From Okamejei kenojei (taxonomy: Eukaryota): a DNA stretch of 64,000 nt. The stretch spans positions 43,772,001 through 43,836,000 of the forward strand of contig CM069138.1 of the NCBI GenBank assembly GCA_035221665.1, read 5' to 3'. Made by a program: the position numbers and the translations under genes. The notes beneath the pieces are model-generated. The model was not told the origin of the DNA and made no database searches. It worked only from the letters and a program-made list of their open reading frames with translations. Shown in pieces: positions 11,846 through 26,277 of this stretch. The stretch's first letter is position 1. Each line of letters opens with the position of its first letter.

Positions 11846-13220
11846 CAGAGGGTGGGTGCTGGGTTGATAGGACAAATGTCTGATAGGGTATGGGCAGCTT
11901 TGTGGTGATGATGAATTGTTTACAAAGCCACCTGGTGATGGATAGTAAAATAGAGTTAGATGGAGATAAAACAAAGATAAGAGATGTGAATTGCAGGACA
12001 AAAGTCAGAACAGCACAAAGAACTGAAACTGAAAGAAGATTGTGTTTTAATCAAAGTGCTGGAGTAACTCAGCAGGTACTATAACAACATTTAAAAGACA
12101 TTTGGACAGGTCCATGGACAGGAAGGGGTTAGAAGGTTATGGGTCAAACACAGGCAGGAGGGACCAGTGTATATGGTGCAACTTATCAGCATGGGCAAGA
12201 TGGGCTGAAGGGCCTGTTTCCATGCTGTAGTACCATTCGATAGAATGAATGGACACAATCTTACCCAGAGTAGGGGAATTCGAGAACCAGAAGACACAGG
12301 TTTAAGGCTAGATGGGAATAGTTTAATAGAGGGGCAACTTGTTGACTTAGTGGGTGGTGGGTATATGGAACAAGCTGCCAAAGGAGGTAGTTGAGACAGG
12401 AACAATAACAACATTTAAAAGACACTTGCACGGATAAATGGATTGGAAGGCTTTAGAAGTACAGTATATGGAACTGGCTTTGATGGGATATCTTGGTCAG
12501 CATGGACAAGATGGGCTGAAGGGCCTGTTTCCCTGCTGTATTCCGAGACTCTTAACTTGGATCTTAGGAATTCTCGATCATTGGCCTGGCTAATGCAGAG
12601 AACAAGCTAGAGAAAAATAAATAATAAGAGCATTAGAAAAACTGTGAGCAAGTCGCCTTTTCCTTTTGAATTCTTTAGTGTGTTAACTATAAAAATATTG
12701 GAAATGGTGAACTTGGCAATCTGACTTGGATTGGCCCTGTGATAAAATCTCTAAGAATCCGTCCAACTCGGTAATTTGCAACGCAGTGAATTCTGGAGTC
12801 GTTTGCTTACACATTCCACGGACACTTGATGTCGGAGCTTAGCTGAAGCCAAGTTGCTGTAAACGTTGCCAAATAGACGGCTGCCCTCGAGTTAGATAAT
12901 GGGTGACCAGCAGCAATCCAGCGTGACATTGTGCTTCAGGTTATGTAATCATTCTGGGCAGCCCAGCTGTGGCCATACTTGGCAGCAGACAAACCTGGCA
13001 GTGGCCTTCCTGCAACCTGGCAGTAGATCGCCATCAGCAACAGGAATCATGTACAGTGAACACTAGTCAGGTGTGTGGAATTGACTCAAGGTGCTGTAGT
13101 TGCTCAGCGGATCAGGCAGCATCCCTGAGAACATGAATAGGCGACGTTTCAGTTTGGGATCTTTCACCAGACTGATTGGTGAGGGGTGGGGGGAGAAAGC
13201 TAGAAGAGAAGAGGGATTAA

Positions 13221-13745
13221 GTGCAGTTGTATAGGGCTCTGGTGCAGTTGTATAGGGCTCTGGTGCAGTTGTATAGGGCTCTGGTGCAGTTGTATAGGGC
13301 TCTGGTGCAGTTGTATGGGGCTCTGGTGCAGTTGTATAGGGCTCTGGTGCAGTTGTATAGGGCTCTGGTGCAGTTGTATAGGGCTCTGGTGCAGTTGTAT
13401 AGGGCTCTGGTGCAGTTGTATAGGGCTCTGGTGCAGTTGTATAGGGCTCTGGTGCAGTTGTATAGGGCTCTGGTGCAGTTGTATAGGGCTCTGGTGCAGT
13501 TGTATAGGGCTCTGGTGCAGTTGTATAGGGCTCTGGTGCAGTTGTATAGGGCTCTGGTGCAGTTGTATAGGGCTCTGGTGCAGTTGTATAGGGCTCTGGT
13601 GCAGTTGTATAGGGCTCTGGTGCAGTTGTATAGGGCTCTGGTGCAGTTGTATAGGGCTCTGGTGCAGTTGTATAGGGCTCTGGTGCAGTTGTATAGGGCT
13701 CTGGTGCAGTTGTATAGGGCTCTGGTGCAGTTGTATAGGGCTCTG
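13221..13745 (+). repeat. Tandem array of 25 x 21 bp (GTGCAGTTGTATAGGGCTCTG)
   Basis: Direct count 525/21 = 25 units, one variant unit; the unit is CR1 ORF2 sequence (VQLYRAL). Confidence 0.95.
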
Positions 13746-14308
13746 GTGAGGCCACATCTGGAGTTTTGTGTACAGTTTTGGTCTCCTAATTTGAGGAAGG
13801 ACATCCTTGTGATTGAGTGCAGCGTAGGTTCACGAGATCGATCCCTGGGATGGCGGGACTGTCATATGAGGAAAGATTGAAAAGACTAGGCTTATATTCA
13901 CTGGAGTTTAGAAGGATGAGGGGATATCTTATAGAAACATATAAAATTATAAAAGGGCTGGACAAGCTAGATGCAGGGAAAATGTTTCCAATGTTGGGTG
14001 AGTCCAGAACCAGGGGCCACAGTCTTAGAATAAAGGGTAGGTCATTTAAGACTTAGGTGAGAAAAACCGTTTTCACCCAGAGAGTTTATGGAATTCCCTG
14101 ACACAGGGCAGTGGAGGCCAAATCACTGGATGGATTTAAGAGAGACTTAGATAGAGCTCTCGGGGCTAGTGGAATCAAGGGATATGGGAAGAAGGCTGGC
14201 ACAGGTTATTGATAGGGGACGATCAGCCATGATCACAAAAAATTTTGGTGCTGGCTCGAAGGGCCGAATGGCCTCCTCCTGCTCCTGCTTTCTATGTTTC
14301 TATGTTTC
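13746..14308 (+). mobile_element. 5'-truncated CR1 LINE
   Basis: [19 protein letters not shown]...RTRGHSLRI; (TTTCTATG)n tail; TSD TAAGTG (13218-13223, 14309-14314). Confidence 0.9.
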
Positions 14309-15101
14309 TAAGTGTGGCAGGTAGTTGGTGAACAAAGGTGACATGGGGTTTGATAGACAGATAGTTGGACAAAGCCAATGGATGACAAAAATGGTGAGAC
14401 ACAAAATAATTGAAATATTGCAAATCCAGAGGATGGAGGGGATAGTCCAGGTGAGGCACAGAGGAGAGATGGTGGGGGATTGTTAGAGGTTACCTAAAAT
14501 TGGAGAATTCAATGCTCATAGCATTGGCAGACACAACATGCTAGAGTAACTCAGCGGGACAGACAGCATCTCTGTGCCATTGCATCTATCGAGAGATGCT
14601 GTCCCGCTGAGTTACTCCAGCATTTTGTGTCTATCCTCAGTGTAAACCAGCATCTGCAGCTCCTTCCAACTCATACCATTGGTTTTTTGTTTAATTGGCA
14701 TTTGTACTGGCAATGGAACAGAGCAATCCTTAATTGCTGCAGCTTACAGGCCTGTAAACACAATAATATGAAAAATATATATAATTAATAATACATTAAA
14801 TTAATAACCGTAATACTAGGTAACCATAATTGTTCAAAAACCGAATTTCTTGGTGCAACCAAATGCACCGTCTGTAGATCATAAATACACAAGGAAATGC
14901 AGATAGTGGAATCTTGAGCAAAAGTCAAGGTACTCAAAAACTCGGCAGGTCAGGCAGCGTTTGTGGAGGGAGTGGAAAAATTACATTTCAGATCCCTTCA
15001 AAGGCAGGTGCGGACCTGAAATGTCATCTGTCCACTCCCTCGACATACGCTCTCTGACCCACTGTTCTTTCAGCACTTTGTCTTTTGCTCACAGAAGCTC
15101 A

Positions 15102-15781
15102 AGGGCCTGTCCCACTTACTTGTTCTTGGCACGCAAATTACGTGACCACGTCGTCGCGTTGAGGCGCACGGGCATCGTTTAGCCGCACGGGGCTGGTCCC
15201 ACTGAGAAGCGCGGAGGGGTATGTAGATGTGCACGAGATCGCGCGGCACTCCGAAATTTGTAGCGAACTAAATTGTCGCGCGCCAACGGCCTGTCGCGTA
15301 ACTGACGGCCAAAGTGGGACAGGCCCAAGACCCTGGCGTGATGCAACGTCTCACCTGCAACAGCAGCAGAAGCAGGCAAACGATCATCGAACTCGGCCTG
15401 GGGCTCACGGCCATTGCGGTCCGGATCCGCTCCCACTTCTACTCCCAGAGCGAGGCCAAGAAAATTGAAGATAGACACAAAATGCAGGAGTAACTCAGCA
15501 GGACCGGCAGCATCTCTGGAGAGAGCAATGTGTAACGTTTCGGGTAAAGACCCTTCTTTCAGACTGAAGAAGTCTCGACCCGAAACATCACCCATTGCTT
15601 CTCTCCAGAGTTGCTGCCGGTCCCGCTGAGTTACTCCAACATTTTGGGTCCATCGTCAAATGACGTCACGTGCTCCAGACGGCTGTGCGGGCGCATGAAA
15701 TCGCGCGCGACCTTCGCGCCTCAACGCGACCACGAGGTCGCGTAATTAGCGTGCCAAGGACACATAAGTGGGACAGGAGCT
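15102..15781. mobile_element. Non-autonomous DNA transposon (PIF/Harbinger-like) with ~65-bp TIRs, containing a palindromic PLE-derived insert (15470-15654)
   Basis: cctgtcccactta...ttggcacgc...gtcgcgttgaggcgc is mirrored by gcgcctcaacgcgac...gcgtgccaag...taagtgggacagg; superfamily assignment tentative. Confidence 0.65.
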
Positions 15782-16464
15782 TCACAGTTGCTAAGTTTAG
15801 TGTTGTGCAGTGTTCAAGAGCATGAGGGTTGCTGTCCTTGAACCTGAAGGTCCTGGTTTTCAGGCTCCTGTACCTTCAACTCTATGTAGCAGCGAGATGG
15901 GAGCATGGCCTGGCCTTTGTGGGTCTTTAAGACTGGTTGCATTTTTGAGGCAGCGCAAGGCATCACCTCCTGTGGATCCCTTTGGTGGCGAGGAGATCAG
16001 TACCCGTGATGGACTGAGCATCTTGGTCTCCATTAGTATCCAGTAAAACTCCTCTGACTTCCCCATGCTTTCCCATTCTGTGACATACTGTGTTCAAATT
16101 CACAATCAGTATTAATTGAATCCAATCAAAATGGCAGTTGTCAGTTCTACATTGAAATGTTAGATCCCAGAGAAAAATAATAACTATGTTTAAAAACCGA
16201 AGACTACTTGTCAATTCCCTCCACAAATGCTATGAGTCCCTCAGCCATATTGTTTGCTCAAGATCCCACCATCTGCAGTTTGCTTTGTTTTTGTAGTAAT
16301 TCCTTCAATCTCAAGGGAGCTGAATTATCTATTTGTGCTTTGGTTTATTGAATGGGAGATTATGGGGAAGTTAATCACTACTGAATGTACTTTGAGATAT
16401 AACTGCTAGCCAAACATTTAATTTAGATCAAAAATAAATTTGTCGCAATGGCTGAACAAGTAAA

Positions 16465-16925
16465 ATGTGGGTTGACACGAAATGCTGGAGAAATTCAGTG
16501 GGCAGGCAACATCTCTGGATAGAAGGAATGGATGACATTTCAGGTCGAGACCTTCTTCAGACTGAGAGTCGGGGGAGAGGGAGACACAGATAAGGAAGGG
16601 TAAGGGTAACGAGACATCAAAATATATGATTATAAAGGAAAATATAGAATAGATCATAGTTAGCTGGGAGAAGGTGACATCACAGCAAACAGAAATAAAA
16701 TATAATCGGGGACAGTCAGACTGATTGGAAAATTAGGAAGGGGAGGGATGGAGAGAGAGGGAAAGCAAGGATTTCTTGAATTTAGAGAAGGCAATATTCA
16801 TACTGCTGGGGTGTAAACTACCCAAGCAAAATATGAGGTGCTGCTCATCCAATTTGCGCTGGTCTCACTCTGATAGTGGAGGCGGCCCAGGACATAAAGG
16901 TCAGTGCAGGAATGGGAGGGGAAGT
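16465..16925 (-). mobile_element. Penelope-like element 3' remnant
   Basis: Reverse complement of the KLDEQHLIFCLGSLHPSS region plus pseudo-LTR; similar remnants near 21250-21710 and 31970-32460. Confidence 0.7.
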
Positions 16926-19803
16926 AAAATGTGGGATTAGCTGACCACACATCATACCATTAGCAGTAGAGGACAACGTTCTTGGGGGGGGGGGGGGTGG
17001 TGGTTAGGTGAACAAAAGCTGGGAGAGAGGAGATACAGGACTAAGCATGGTAATCACCACTTGCACACACACACACATTTCCCTCTCCACCCAAAGTCCC
17101 TAGTTACTTGGAACCAGTAGTTCGAATTAAACCATGATTTGTAGGTCACAATAAATTGTGATGAATGTCATTAATGATCTCTTAAAGATATACCTGATGC
17201 ATTTGAGTCTGAAATTGGGAGAAAACAACTTAGTGATTGTTTGTTGACAAAAGTAAAGGTGCACAGGAAACTAACCTAACCCCTTCCATCTTCAGGTAAA
17301 TTCAGCTCAAGTGATGCTGCGTTCAGCCAGAGGTCGGTCTACATGGACAGTAATTCTATGCCTTCAAAATCAGCAAGTCTGACCCAGATTTATCCACTGT
17401 TCAAAGCTCGAATGTCAACCATCAGATTTCCATGTCTGTCAAATTAACAAATGGCTTGTGTTCAAAATCAAAGCTGACACTTTGTGTGCCAGTGAGAGAA
17501 CTCGTTGACCAGCCTGCAACCTTCGAAGACCTCCTCCAGCATGGGACCACAATCACCTGGTTCCATTTGTGGCCATTCAGGCATAGCCAGGGTATCTCCT
17601 GTATCTCAAACTGGTGTCTTGTTTCTCAATTATATGCTGATATTGACTACAGTCAACAGTAGCCTCTCCTCCTCTTAGAGCTCATCATGCTGTGCGGCCA
17701 AAGTACAATGCTGGATGAGCAGATATTGGACTAAATGTTAGGAAAACCTATATGCTCTTGTCTCCAATGGCCATGTCAAATTTCACACCTCCCTTTGACA
17801 TCTGAGTGAACCAATCTATTTGCAATTCACCTTCTGAAGAGTATCTGACCACATGTTCAGACCCTCATTTCATCCAGATCAATGCCTGATTCTGTCGCAG
17901 GATCCAATGTTGAAAGACTCTAAGCCCCCTATGTCCGAGGAACGGTCTCGACCTGAAACGTCATCCATTCCTTCTCTCCAGAGATGCTGCCTATCCCGCT
18001 GAGTTACTCCAGTATTTTGTGCCAACCCCCCTATGTCCTAACTCACACCAACTCCTCTTCATATATCACATAAGTGATGGATACAGTACGCATTAGTTAA
18101 GAACTCCCTTGTTTAAAGATTCACTTGTGTCCAAATCCTTCCTTGACTTTCCTCTGAAGCAGTTTCCCAATCATACAATCCCTCACCTCAGATCATCATT
18201 CACATAATTCTGCTCTTGTTTCAACCAATCTTCCTTTGCAATACCTTTGACCAAATACATCAACATCCATAGATTGGAAGTCCTTCCTCTGAAAAGCAGC
18301 TTCTTCCCAGCAGCCATCAGGTTTTTGAAGACTGCACAACACTAAGCACAGCATTATGATCTTCTATGGACTGTCTCTGGTTGCATTGAGGACTTCAATT
18401 GTGCTTTATTATTGTTATCTAGATTTACTATTTATTTTTCATGAATTATGTATACTTGAGTATTAAATTAAATTGAGTATTAAATGATCATTATATATTT
18501 ATGTGTTTTTACATTTGCAATAAATATGTCGCAAGTCTCTTTTCACACAGAGAGTGGTGAGTCTCTGGAACTCTCTGCCACAGAGGGTAGTTGAGGCCAG
18601 TTCATTGGCTATATTTAAGAGTGAGTTGGATGTGGCCCTTGTGGCTAAGGGGATCAGAGGGTATGGAGAGAAGGCAGGTACAGGATACTGAGTTGGATGA
18701 TCAGCCATGATCATATTGAATGGCGGTGGAGGCTCGAAGGGCTGAATGGCCTACTCCTGCACCTAATTTCTATGTTTCTATGTTTCTATGTAAGTAAGAA
18801 TTTCATTGTTCCGTTGCCGGTACATATGACAATTAAACACTCCTGACTTCCCTTTAATCTCTTAGCTTCCCAGTCTTTCTCTCTAAACCCTCAAGTATAT
18901 CCTGCATCATTGTCCAAACTTTGGTGTGTCCACCGTTGGTGCTTTTGTTTCCTCTAATGACACTCCTGCGAAGTGCTTTGAGACATTCCTCACTAGTAAA
19001 AGATTAGATCCAAAGAGCAGATCTGCAGCTGAGCTGAGCCAGCAAGGAGACCAATGAAATGTCCGGGTGCACAGATGACAGTGCAGAGTTTCAGCTGAAT
19101 TAATTTTTCTTGTTCCTCCCATTCAAAGTCCTTTGGAAGATCGATTGTGCACTTAGTCAGACATAACCCTTCAATTAAAAACAAGCAACTATCATAACTT
19201 CCTTTGAATTGTTGTGACCTTGCCTTTGGAACTCAGCAGTGTTATTGTGAAATATGCAAACCCGGGTTAAAAAAAAGGTTGGATGTTTCTAATCAGCCGC
19301 TAGATTGGCTTTCATTTGGTCAATACCAAATATGGATGCTGTTACAAAATTTTAATCTGCAAGAGTTGTTTATGTATTACTCTGACAGGCTATTAGCATT
19401 GTACTGGCTATGAGTCACCGTTGGCTTTCCAAAAACTGAAGGAAATTGTTCTTCCCTTGCATTTAAGCAAAAATGATTTAAAGATATTTTAAAACTAACA
19501 CTGAAAACAGAGAGGATATTGTAGAGACCTTACATCATTAAACTATGCTGACACTGACTGCACAGAACATTCAAAACCCAAACATTGGCAGCTTTGTGCC
19601 AATTGACAGGGTACATATGCAAAGCTTACATTGTGACCCAACACAGTCACAGCCATTGAGACGAGGCTGGAATTGTTTGTTTCACCAAGGAGTTGCTTAA
19701 GACAAAGTGCTTCAACTGAGTCACCAGTCTACCAGCAATGCATTGAAGACCTTTTGCACTGCTGGGGGCTTCTTCCTTGTATTAGTTGTGTTGTGTGTGG
19801 TGA

Positions 19804-19961
19804 NNNNNNNNNNNNNNNNNNNNNNNNNNNNNNNNNNNNNNNNNNNNNNNNNNNNNNNNNNNNNNNNNNNNNNNNNNNNNNNNNNNNNNNNNNNNNNNNN
19901 NNNNNNNNNNNNNNNNNNNNNNNNNNNNNNNNNNNNNNNNNNNNNNNNNNNNNNNNNNNNN
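19804..19961. other. Assembly gap (158 N)
   Basis: Run of N. Confidence 1.
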
Positions 19962-21512
19962 CTGTGTCTCAAAGTCCACAGTAACCATCAACCTCCCATT
20001 TGCAATAATTCTACATAAATCTAATCCAACTTTATTCTTTCCATATTGTCATCAACTCCCCGCAGATTCCACCACTTGCCTGCACATAAGGGGCAATTTA
20101 CAGGGGCCAATTAACCTACCAACCCACACATCTATGGGATGTGGCTGCGAACCCATGTGGTCGCAGCAAGCAAACTCCACACATACATTTTTCGGGCCCA
20201 GGATCAAACCAGGGTCTCTAGAGCTGTGAGACCACAGGTCCATATTTATGACTCAATTTTTACCTCACCCTGCCTCGGCGAGACTAACAGCATAATCAAG
20301 GAGTTGCCGCACCCAGGCCACTCGCTCTTCTCCTCTCTCCCATCAGGCTAAAGGGATAGAAGTGTGAAAATGCACACCTCCAGATTCAGGGAAAGTTTTC
20401 TTACCAGGCAACTGAATCATCCTACCACAACCAGAGAGCAGTGGTGAACTACTGTCTACCTCTTTGATGACCCTCGGACTATCCTTGATCGGATTTGGCT
20501 GGCTTTACCTTGCACTAAACGTTATTCCCTTATCATATATCTATGCACGTAAATGGATCGATTGTAATGATGTGTTGCCTTTCTGCTGACTGGTTAGCAC
20601 GTAACAAAAAGCTTTTCACTGTACCTCACAACACGTGAATATAATGAACTGAACTCCTCAGGTTGTGGCCCTGTGCTGCCCTGCATCAGCTGGCCCACTT
20701 TGACAGCGGTGACAACAAACCAGCGTTGCACAAACATTCCTAACACCAACTCATTAGCCTGCACACCCTGAGCTACTCAGTGTGCCAAAGAGCAGAAGCT
20801 GTGCCCAATCAGAATTAAATCTGATACCTGCCCCAGTTTTGCAGCCATGTTGCCTATAGTAAACCCTTGTCCACACACATGAATAGAATGTAATGCACAC
20901 TGCTCATATTCATACGTCACTGCACAATTACACATGCACAAGTGTTTCTATTGTCCTGAATGACAGGAAATATTTCCTCCAGACAGACTATGTGTCCCAG
21001 TGATTTTTTTGACCTCAAGTAACACTACAGTTAAGTTTCATTTATCTGCTGTCATGCCTAACACCTCCAGGCTACCCACTGTTTGCATTTGTCCCTGATT
21101 AGTTTTGGATTATTGTTAGTTATACTTAGAGGTGGGGGGGGGGGGGGGGGGGGGAGAAGAGCCGGGGTGTTGGCATGATGCTTGGTGACGGACAAGCTCA
21201 GAACTGGATGGATGGAGGGTGGGAAATTAAATACTGCAGACATTAAATTGTATGAGTATTGAATTCTCCAATCTCTATGATCTTCCTCCACACTCTCATT
21301 TCTCTCACCACTCCTGTCACTATGTTTCTTTCCTCTCCCCATGCACTCATCTCCCAATCACGATTTGCCAATTTCTGTTTCAACCTCCTCCCTCCATCTG
21401 TACCCCTCCCTCCGGCCTTCCAATTCACTCCATCTTATCTGGCACCCTCTTGTTTCCTTTTCATCTTTGGCCTTTGTCACTTATTTCACCCATCTGCCAG
21501 TCGCCACCCCCC

Positions 21513-21545
<33 letters not shown>

Positions 21546-22094
21546 ACCCCACACATCTGTCACGCCTGTTTCCACCCATCACTTGCCAGGCTTTGTCCTG
21601 CTCCGTTTCTTTTCCAGCTTCCTTCCTTTTAGAAGGATCCCAACCCAAAACATCATGTCCATTCCTTCCACAGATGCTGCCTGACCCGATTAATTCCTCC
21701 AGCACTTTGAAGAGGATGGAATCTTTGGCAAAACAGTGTCTAATGTCTTCTCTAGCACTTATTTTTGCTGTAAATTTTGTTGAATCTTACTCTTACAAAA
21801 TGCCAATATCCATTTCCTGGAAGGGACATCCACAGGGTGAATCAAAGCAAACTTGTTTACTTATGCCAAATGGTGACAAATGCTATTTTTTAATGAAAGG
21901 CCTAGATAAGTGGATGTTTCCACTAGGACCAGAGGGCACAGCCTCAGAATAAGAGGACATCTTTAGAATGGAGATTAATTTCTTTAGCCAGAGATTGGTG
22001 AATCTATGGAATGCATTGTCACGGAAGGTTGTAGAGCCAAAACATTGGATATCTTTAATGCTGAGATTGATATGGTCTTGATTAGTAAGATACA

Positions 22095-22935
22095 AGAGAG
22101 ACGAGACACATTTATTTGTCACATGTACCAAGTGAAATGTGTGGTCACCATACAGCCATATGAATAAAAAAAAGAGCACAGAACACGATAGTCTTTAACA
22201 TAGACATCCCCACACAGAGGGATCAAAGTTTCCCACTGTGAGGGAAGGCACCAAAGTTCAGTCATCCTCCTCTGTTGTTCGCCCGTGGTCGGGGGGCTAC
22301 TGAACCCCTCGCTGTCGCCGCTAAGGGCGGCCCGATGTTCAGGCCCGCTCGTCGGATGATGGAACTCCGACGTCGGAACGGGAGAACATTCTCAGCGGCT
22401 TGGACTTCCGAATCGGCCACTTCCTACTGGAGACCGTGGCTCCCGAAGTCCACAGGCCGAGCTGGGCGGAGATTCAACGCTGGTGGCCCTCGGCACAGGG
22501 ATCCAGGACTCCGCAATGTTGAAGTCAGCGCCGCCCACGCTGGAAGCTCTGCAAACCACAGCTCCGCGATGTTGGAGCAGCAGGCCCAACACTCCGGAGC
22601 TTCAAACGGTGATCCAGGTAAAGCATCGCCCAATCAGCGGTGAATCCAGTGCTGCACCGCTGCTGAAGCCTTGGTCCGGGTCCCCGGCAGGAAAGGCCGT
22701 GCCAATCCAGTTGGTAGGCCGCGGGGGTGGGGGGCGAAGATGCAACTAGGAGAATAGTCACATCTTTGCCAGGAAGTGACTGAGAAACGGTTTCCCCCTT
22801 ACCCTACCCCCCTCCCCCACATAGAAATACTAAAAATATCCTCCAAAAGGTACTTTAAAAACAAACTAAAAATTTAAAAAAGATAGAAAAACAGACATAC
22901 TGCAGGCAGAGGCTGCCATCAATGCGGCGCCCATA
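22095..22935 (-). mobile_element. GC-rich non-coding retroposon (same family as 51577-52315)
   Basis: Shares blocks with the 51.6-kb copy (ccttccctcacagtggg, ggcctacca.ctggattgg, ctgctccaacatcgcggagctgtgg); interrupts a CR1 tail. Confidence 0.65.
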
Positions 22936-25900
22936 GTGAACCTAAGGATGTCAAGGTTTCAGTGAGAACCCAGGAGAATGGGGCTGAGAGGCTAAGATAG
23001 ATCAGCCATGATTGAAAGGCAGAGCAGACTCGATGGGTCAAATAGCCTAATTCTGCTATGTCATGAACTTAACTAGGAGTAAAATCAATCCTGTCCTGTC
23101 CCAACTAACTATATTCATTGTACTTGTCTCAACGAACTCCACTTGCAGTTTGCTTCATATACCCACCACTGTGTGCAAAAGTTGCCCCTTTACCTTATTG
23201 ATTGGCGAGTCCCCTACCCTGGGTAAAAGACTGCATTCATTCCATCTATATCCGTCCTGATTTTATACACGCCTATTAAATCACCCCTCAGCCTCTTGCA
23301 CTCCAAGGACTAAAGTCCTAGCCTGCCCAACTTCTCCTCTTCCCTCAGGCAAGTCCTGGCAACATCCTCATAAATCTTCTGCACTGCTTCCAACTTAATG
23401 ACATCTTTCCTAAAGTAGGGCAGCCAACATTGAACACAATACTCCAAGAACAATACAATTTAAAGAACTGGAGAACAAGGGATAAGGGTTATGCTGCAGC
23501 TAGACAAAGCCCTGCTTCAGTTGTCATCACCCTTTAGGAAGGATATATTGGCTTTGTAAGGGAATAGGTTTAGTACAATGTAATCTCTGTGGCACATCGG
23601 AAGATTAAAGGCTAAATTGATCAATTTTTAAGAAAATAAAGTGAAACTGCTAAGTGGATAGAAATAAATATTTTCAAGAGGGATTGGACCCTTTCAGACA
23701 TTTGCCAAGGCACAATGGGCCAATGGTAGGAGATAGGGCAACTTAAAGACAATTACAACGGTAAAAGGGCAGAGTTGGCTGAAGTTGATGGGGTAAATAA
23801 ATTCAAGGAAAGAAAGACAACTATTTCAGAGGGTATATAGAATAGTTGGCAAAGGAAGATGAGGCAGGTACAATAATAACATTTGGACAGGTACATGGAT
23901 AGGAAAGGTCAGCTTGGTCAGCATGGATAAGTTAGGCGAGGGTCCTTTCGGTGCTGTGCAGCTCAAAAGCTCTAAAAGCAAGTCATCCTGAAAATCTATA
24001 ATACAAGCCACTTGGTTTTATGAAAGGGGAATGGTGCTTGGCAAGTTTACAAAGTTGTCAATGTAGTTAACAGGGAAGAGAAAGGGGGACTAACAGATGT
24101 AATGTATTGGGATTTCCAGAAGGCGTTTGAAAAGATGCCACATCAAAAGGTAACTGGTCTAGAACACATGGCCGCAAGGGTAAAATAAAACTGCTGGAGT
24201 AACTCAGCAAGTCAGGCAGCATCTCTGGAGAACACAGATAGATGATTTTTTGGGTCGGGACCCTTCTTTGTGTTCATTGTGTATGCAACAGGGATAAAAA
24301 GTTGGCATGGGTAGGGGAGATGCAAACTACCAGGAAACACATTGGGACTTCAAGATTCAAGATGGTGGTGGGCACAGGAAAGCAACGGTGCCGTTGAGCA
24401 AGCTGGGACCTTACCTCCCATGCCCTAGGAGGCGCTCTGGATGCTCTGAGATCAAGTTCCCCGAGACATGGAGATGAAGCGGTGGCCATACGAGGCGAGC
24501 GGCAGCACATTGGTGGGTCAACGAGTCCAGATCAAGGCGTCAATGGACTGGGTCACTGGAGGCCCAACAGCAGCCTGGGGCTCGATTAGATCAGGCACCA
24601 CTCCAACATGCTGTGTGTGCGGATCAGATGCTGCATGCAGCAGCATGGAGCAGAGTGGCAACGGAGGACATCGACAACATTGCCTGGTCGACCCTACAAC
24701 TCCAACCCTGTGCCGCCAGGACAATTGGCCTTTACGGCCAAGTTAAGACTCTACAACATTGGACTTGTATCGCACTAAGTGGTGCCACAAACGTGGCGAC
24801 TCTTGTGCATTGTTTCCGTGTAATCTACTATTCTGAAGATAAGACGCAAAAAGCTGGAGTAACTCAGCGGGACAGTGGAAGCATCTCTGGAGAGGAATGG
24901 GTGACGTTTATTCATGATCCTTATTCACTGGAAATCTACTATTCTTACAGTCTTGTACTTAGGTAGGACGGTGCCGATGTGTAGTTTAGTTTATTGTCAC
25001 GTGTACGGAGTGCGTGCTATCCAATCAACGGAAAGACTATACATGATTACAATCAAACCGTCCACAGTGTACAGATGCAGGATTAAGGGAATAATGTTTA
25101 GAGCAAGATAAAGTCCAGTAAAGTCTGATTAAAGTTAGTCAGAGGGTTTTCAATGATGTAGATGGTAGTTCAGGACCATGCTCTAGTTGGTGATAGGATG
25201 CTTCAGTTGCCTGATGACAGCCGGGAAGAAACTGTCCCTGAATCTAGTAGTATGATTTTTACTGAACTGTATGCAACAAAGGAATTTCACTCTACCTACG
25301 TACATATGACAATGAAGTATCACTGAATCAATGGGTCATTATTGGATTGACATTTACGAGTCAAGAATGTGTAATCGTCATAAGTACTGGCAGCAGAACA
25401 ATGTAATCCTTACCTGCTGAAGCTTCACTGGCCCACTACATTAAAAAAATATACAAAAATACATAAATTATCAGCAATACTAGGTAACCAGACCATAATA
25501 ATGCAACACTGAAGACTATAGATCAACCAAAACAAAGTTTGTAGAAGATCATAGTTGCTGAGGTTTGTGTTTAACAGGCTGATGGTTGTTGGGAAGAAGC
25601 CCTTCTTGAACTTGGGAGTCAGTGTTCAGGCTCCTGTACCTTCTTCCCGATGGCAGCAGCTAGATGGGAGTGACATTCGTGAACTAGTGTGGTGCCACAT
25701 GGATGGGTCCCTTCATTAACGCCAGGTGACTGGACAGAGTTGTCTGTAACCGTTTGTACCAATGATTGAAAGATAGACTGGTTAGCGATTTGTGAGGAGG
25801 TAAAGATCCTGTAGAGGGGTATAGACAGGATAAGTGATTGAACAAGAAATTGGTAGATGGAGTATAATCTGGGAAAGTGAGAGGTTATCTACTCTGGAAG

Positions 25901-26242
25901 GAAGAATAAAAAAAACAATTACTTGAATGAAATTAGATTACAAATGTTGTGGTACAAACAGATCCGGGGTCCCAGTACATGGACCACAAAAACATTAGTG
26001 TACGTACAGCAAGTAATTGGGAAGCAGAGTGAAAAATTGACATTCACTGCAATGGAGTATAATTAAGAACATTTTGATGCTTATTTATATGGTGCTAGTG
26101 AGAATGCATCTGGAAAATTGCAAATCATTTTGTTCTACATATGTACAGTAGGATGTGTTTACTTTGGAGGGTGTGCAGTGAAGGTTCATTCCTGGGATGA
26201 AGGCATTGACTATTGAGGAGTAGTTTGTGCCTCTGCTCATAG

Positions 26243-26277
<35 letters not shown>

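Noticed and set aside
13063-13880. Long repetitive ORFs ([28 protein letters not shown]) resembling mucin or antifreeze proteins, or a CRISPR-like array
   Set aside because: All arise from a stop-free 21-bp tandem repeat of CR1 origin; there are no spacers and no gene context
18990-19200. Possible exon in unique sequence before the gap
   Set aside because: No recognisable protein similarity and no convincing pair of splice sites
19673-20018. ORFs spanning X runs
   Set aside because: Artefacts of the assembly gap
21058-21952. Proline-rich ORFs
   Set aside because: Produced by poly-C/poly-G homopolymers within Penelope remnants
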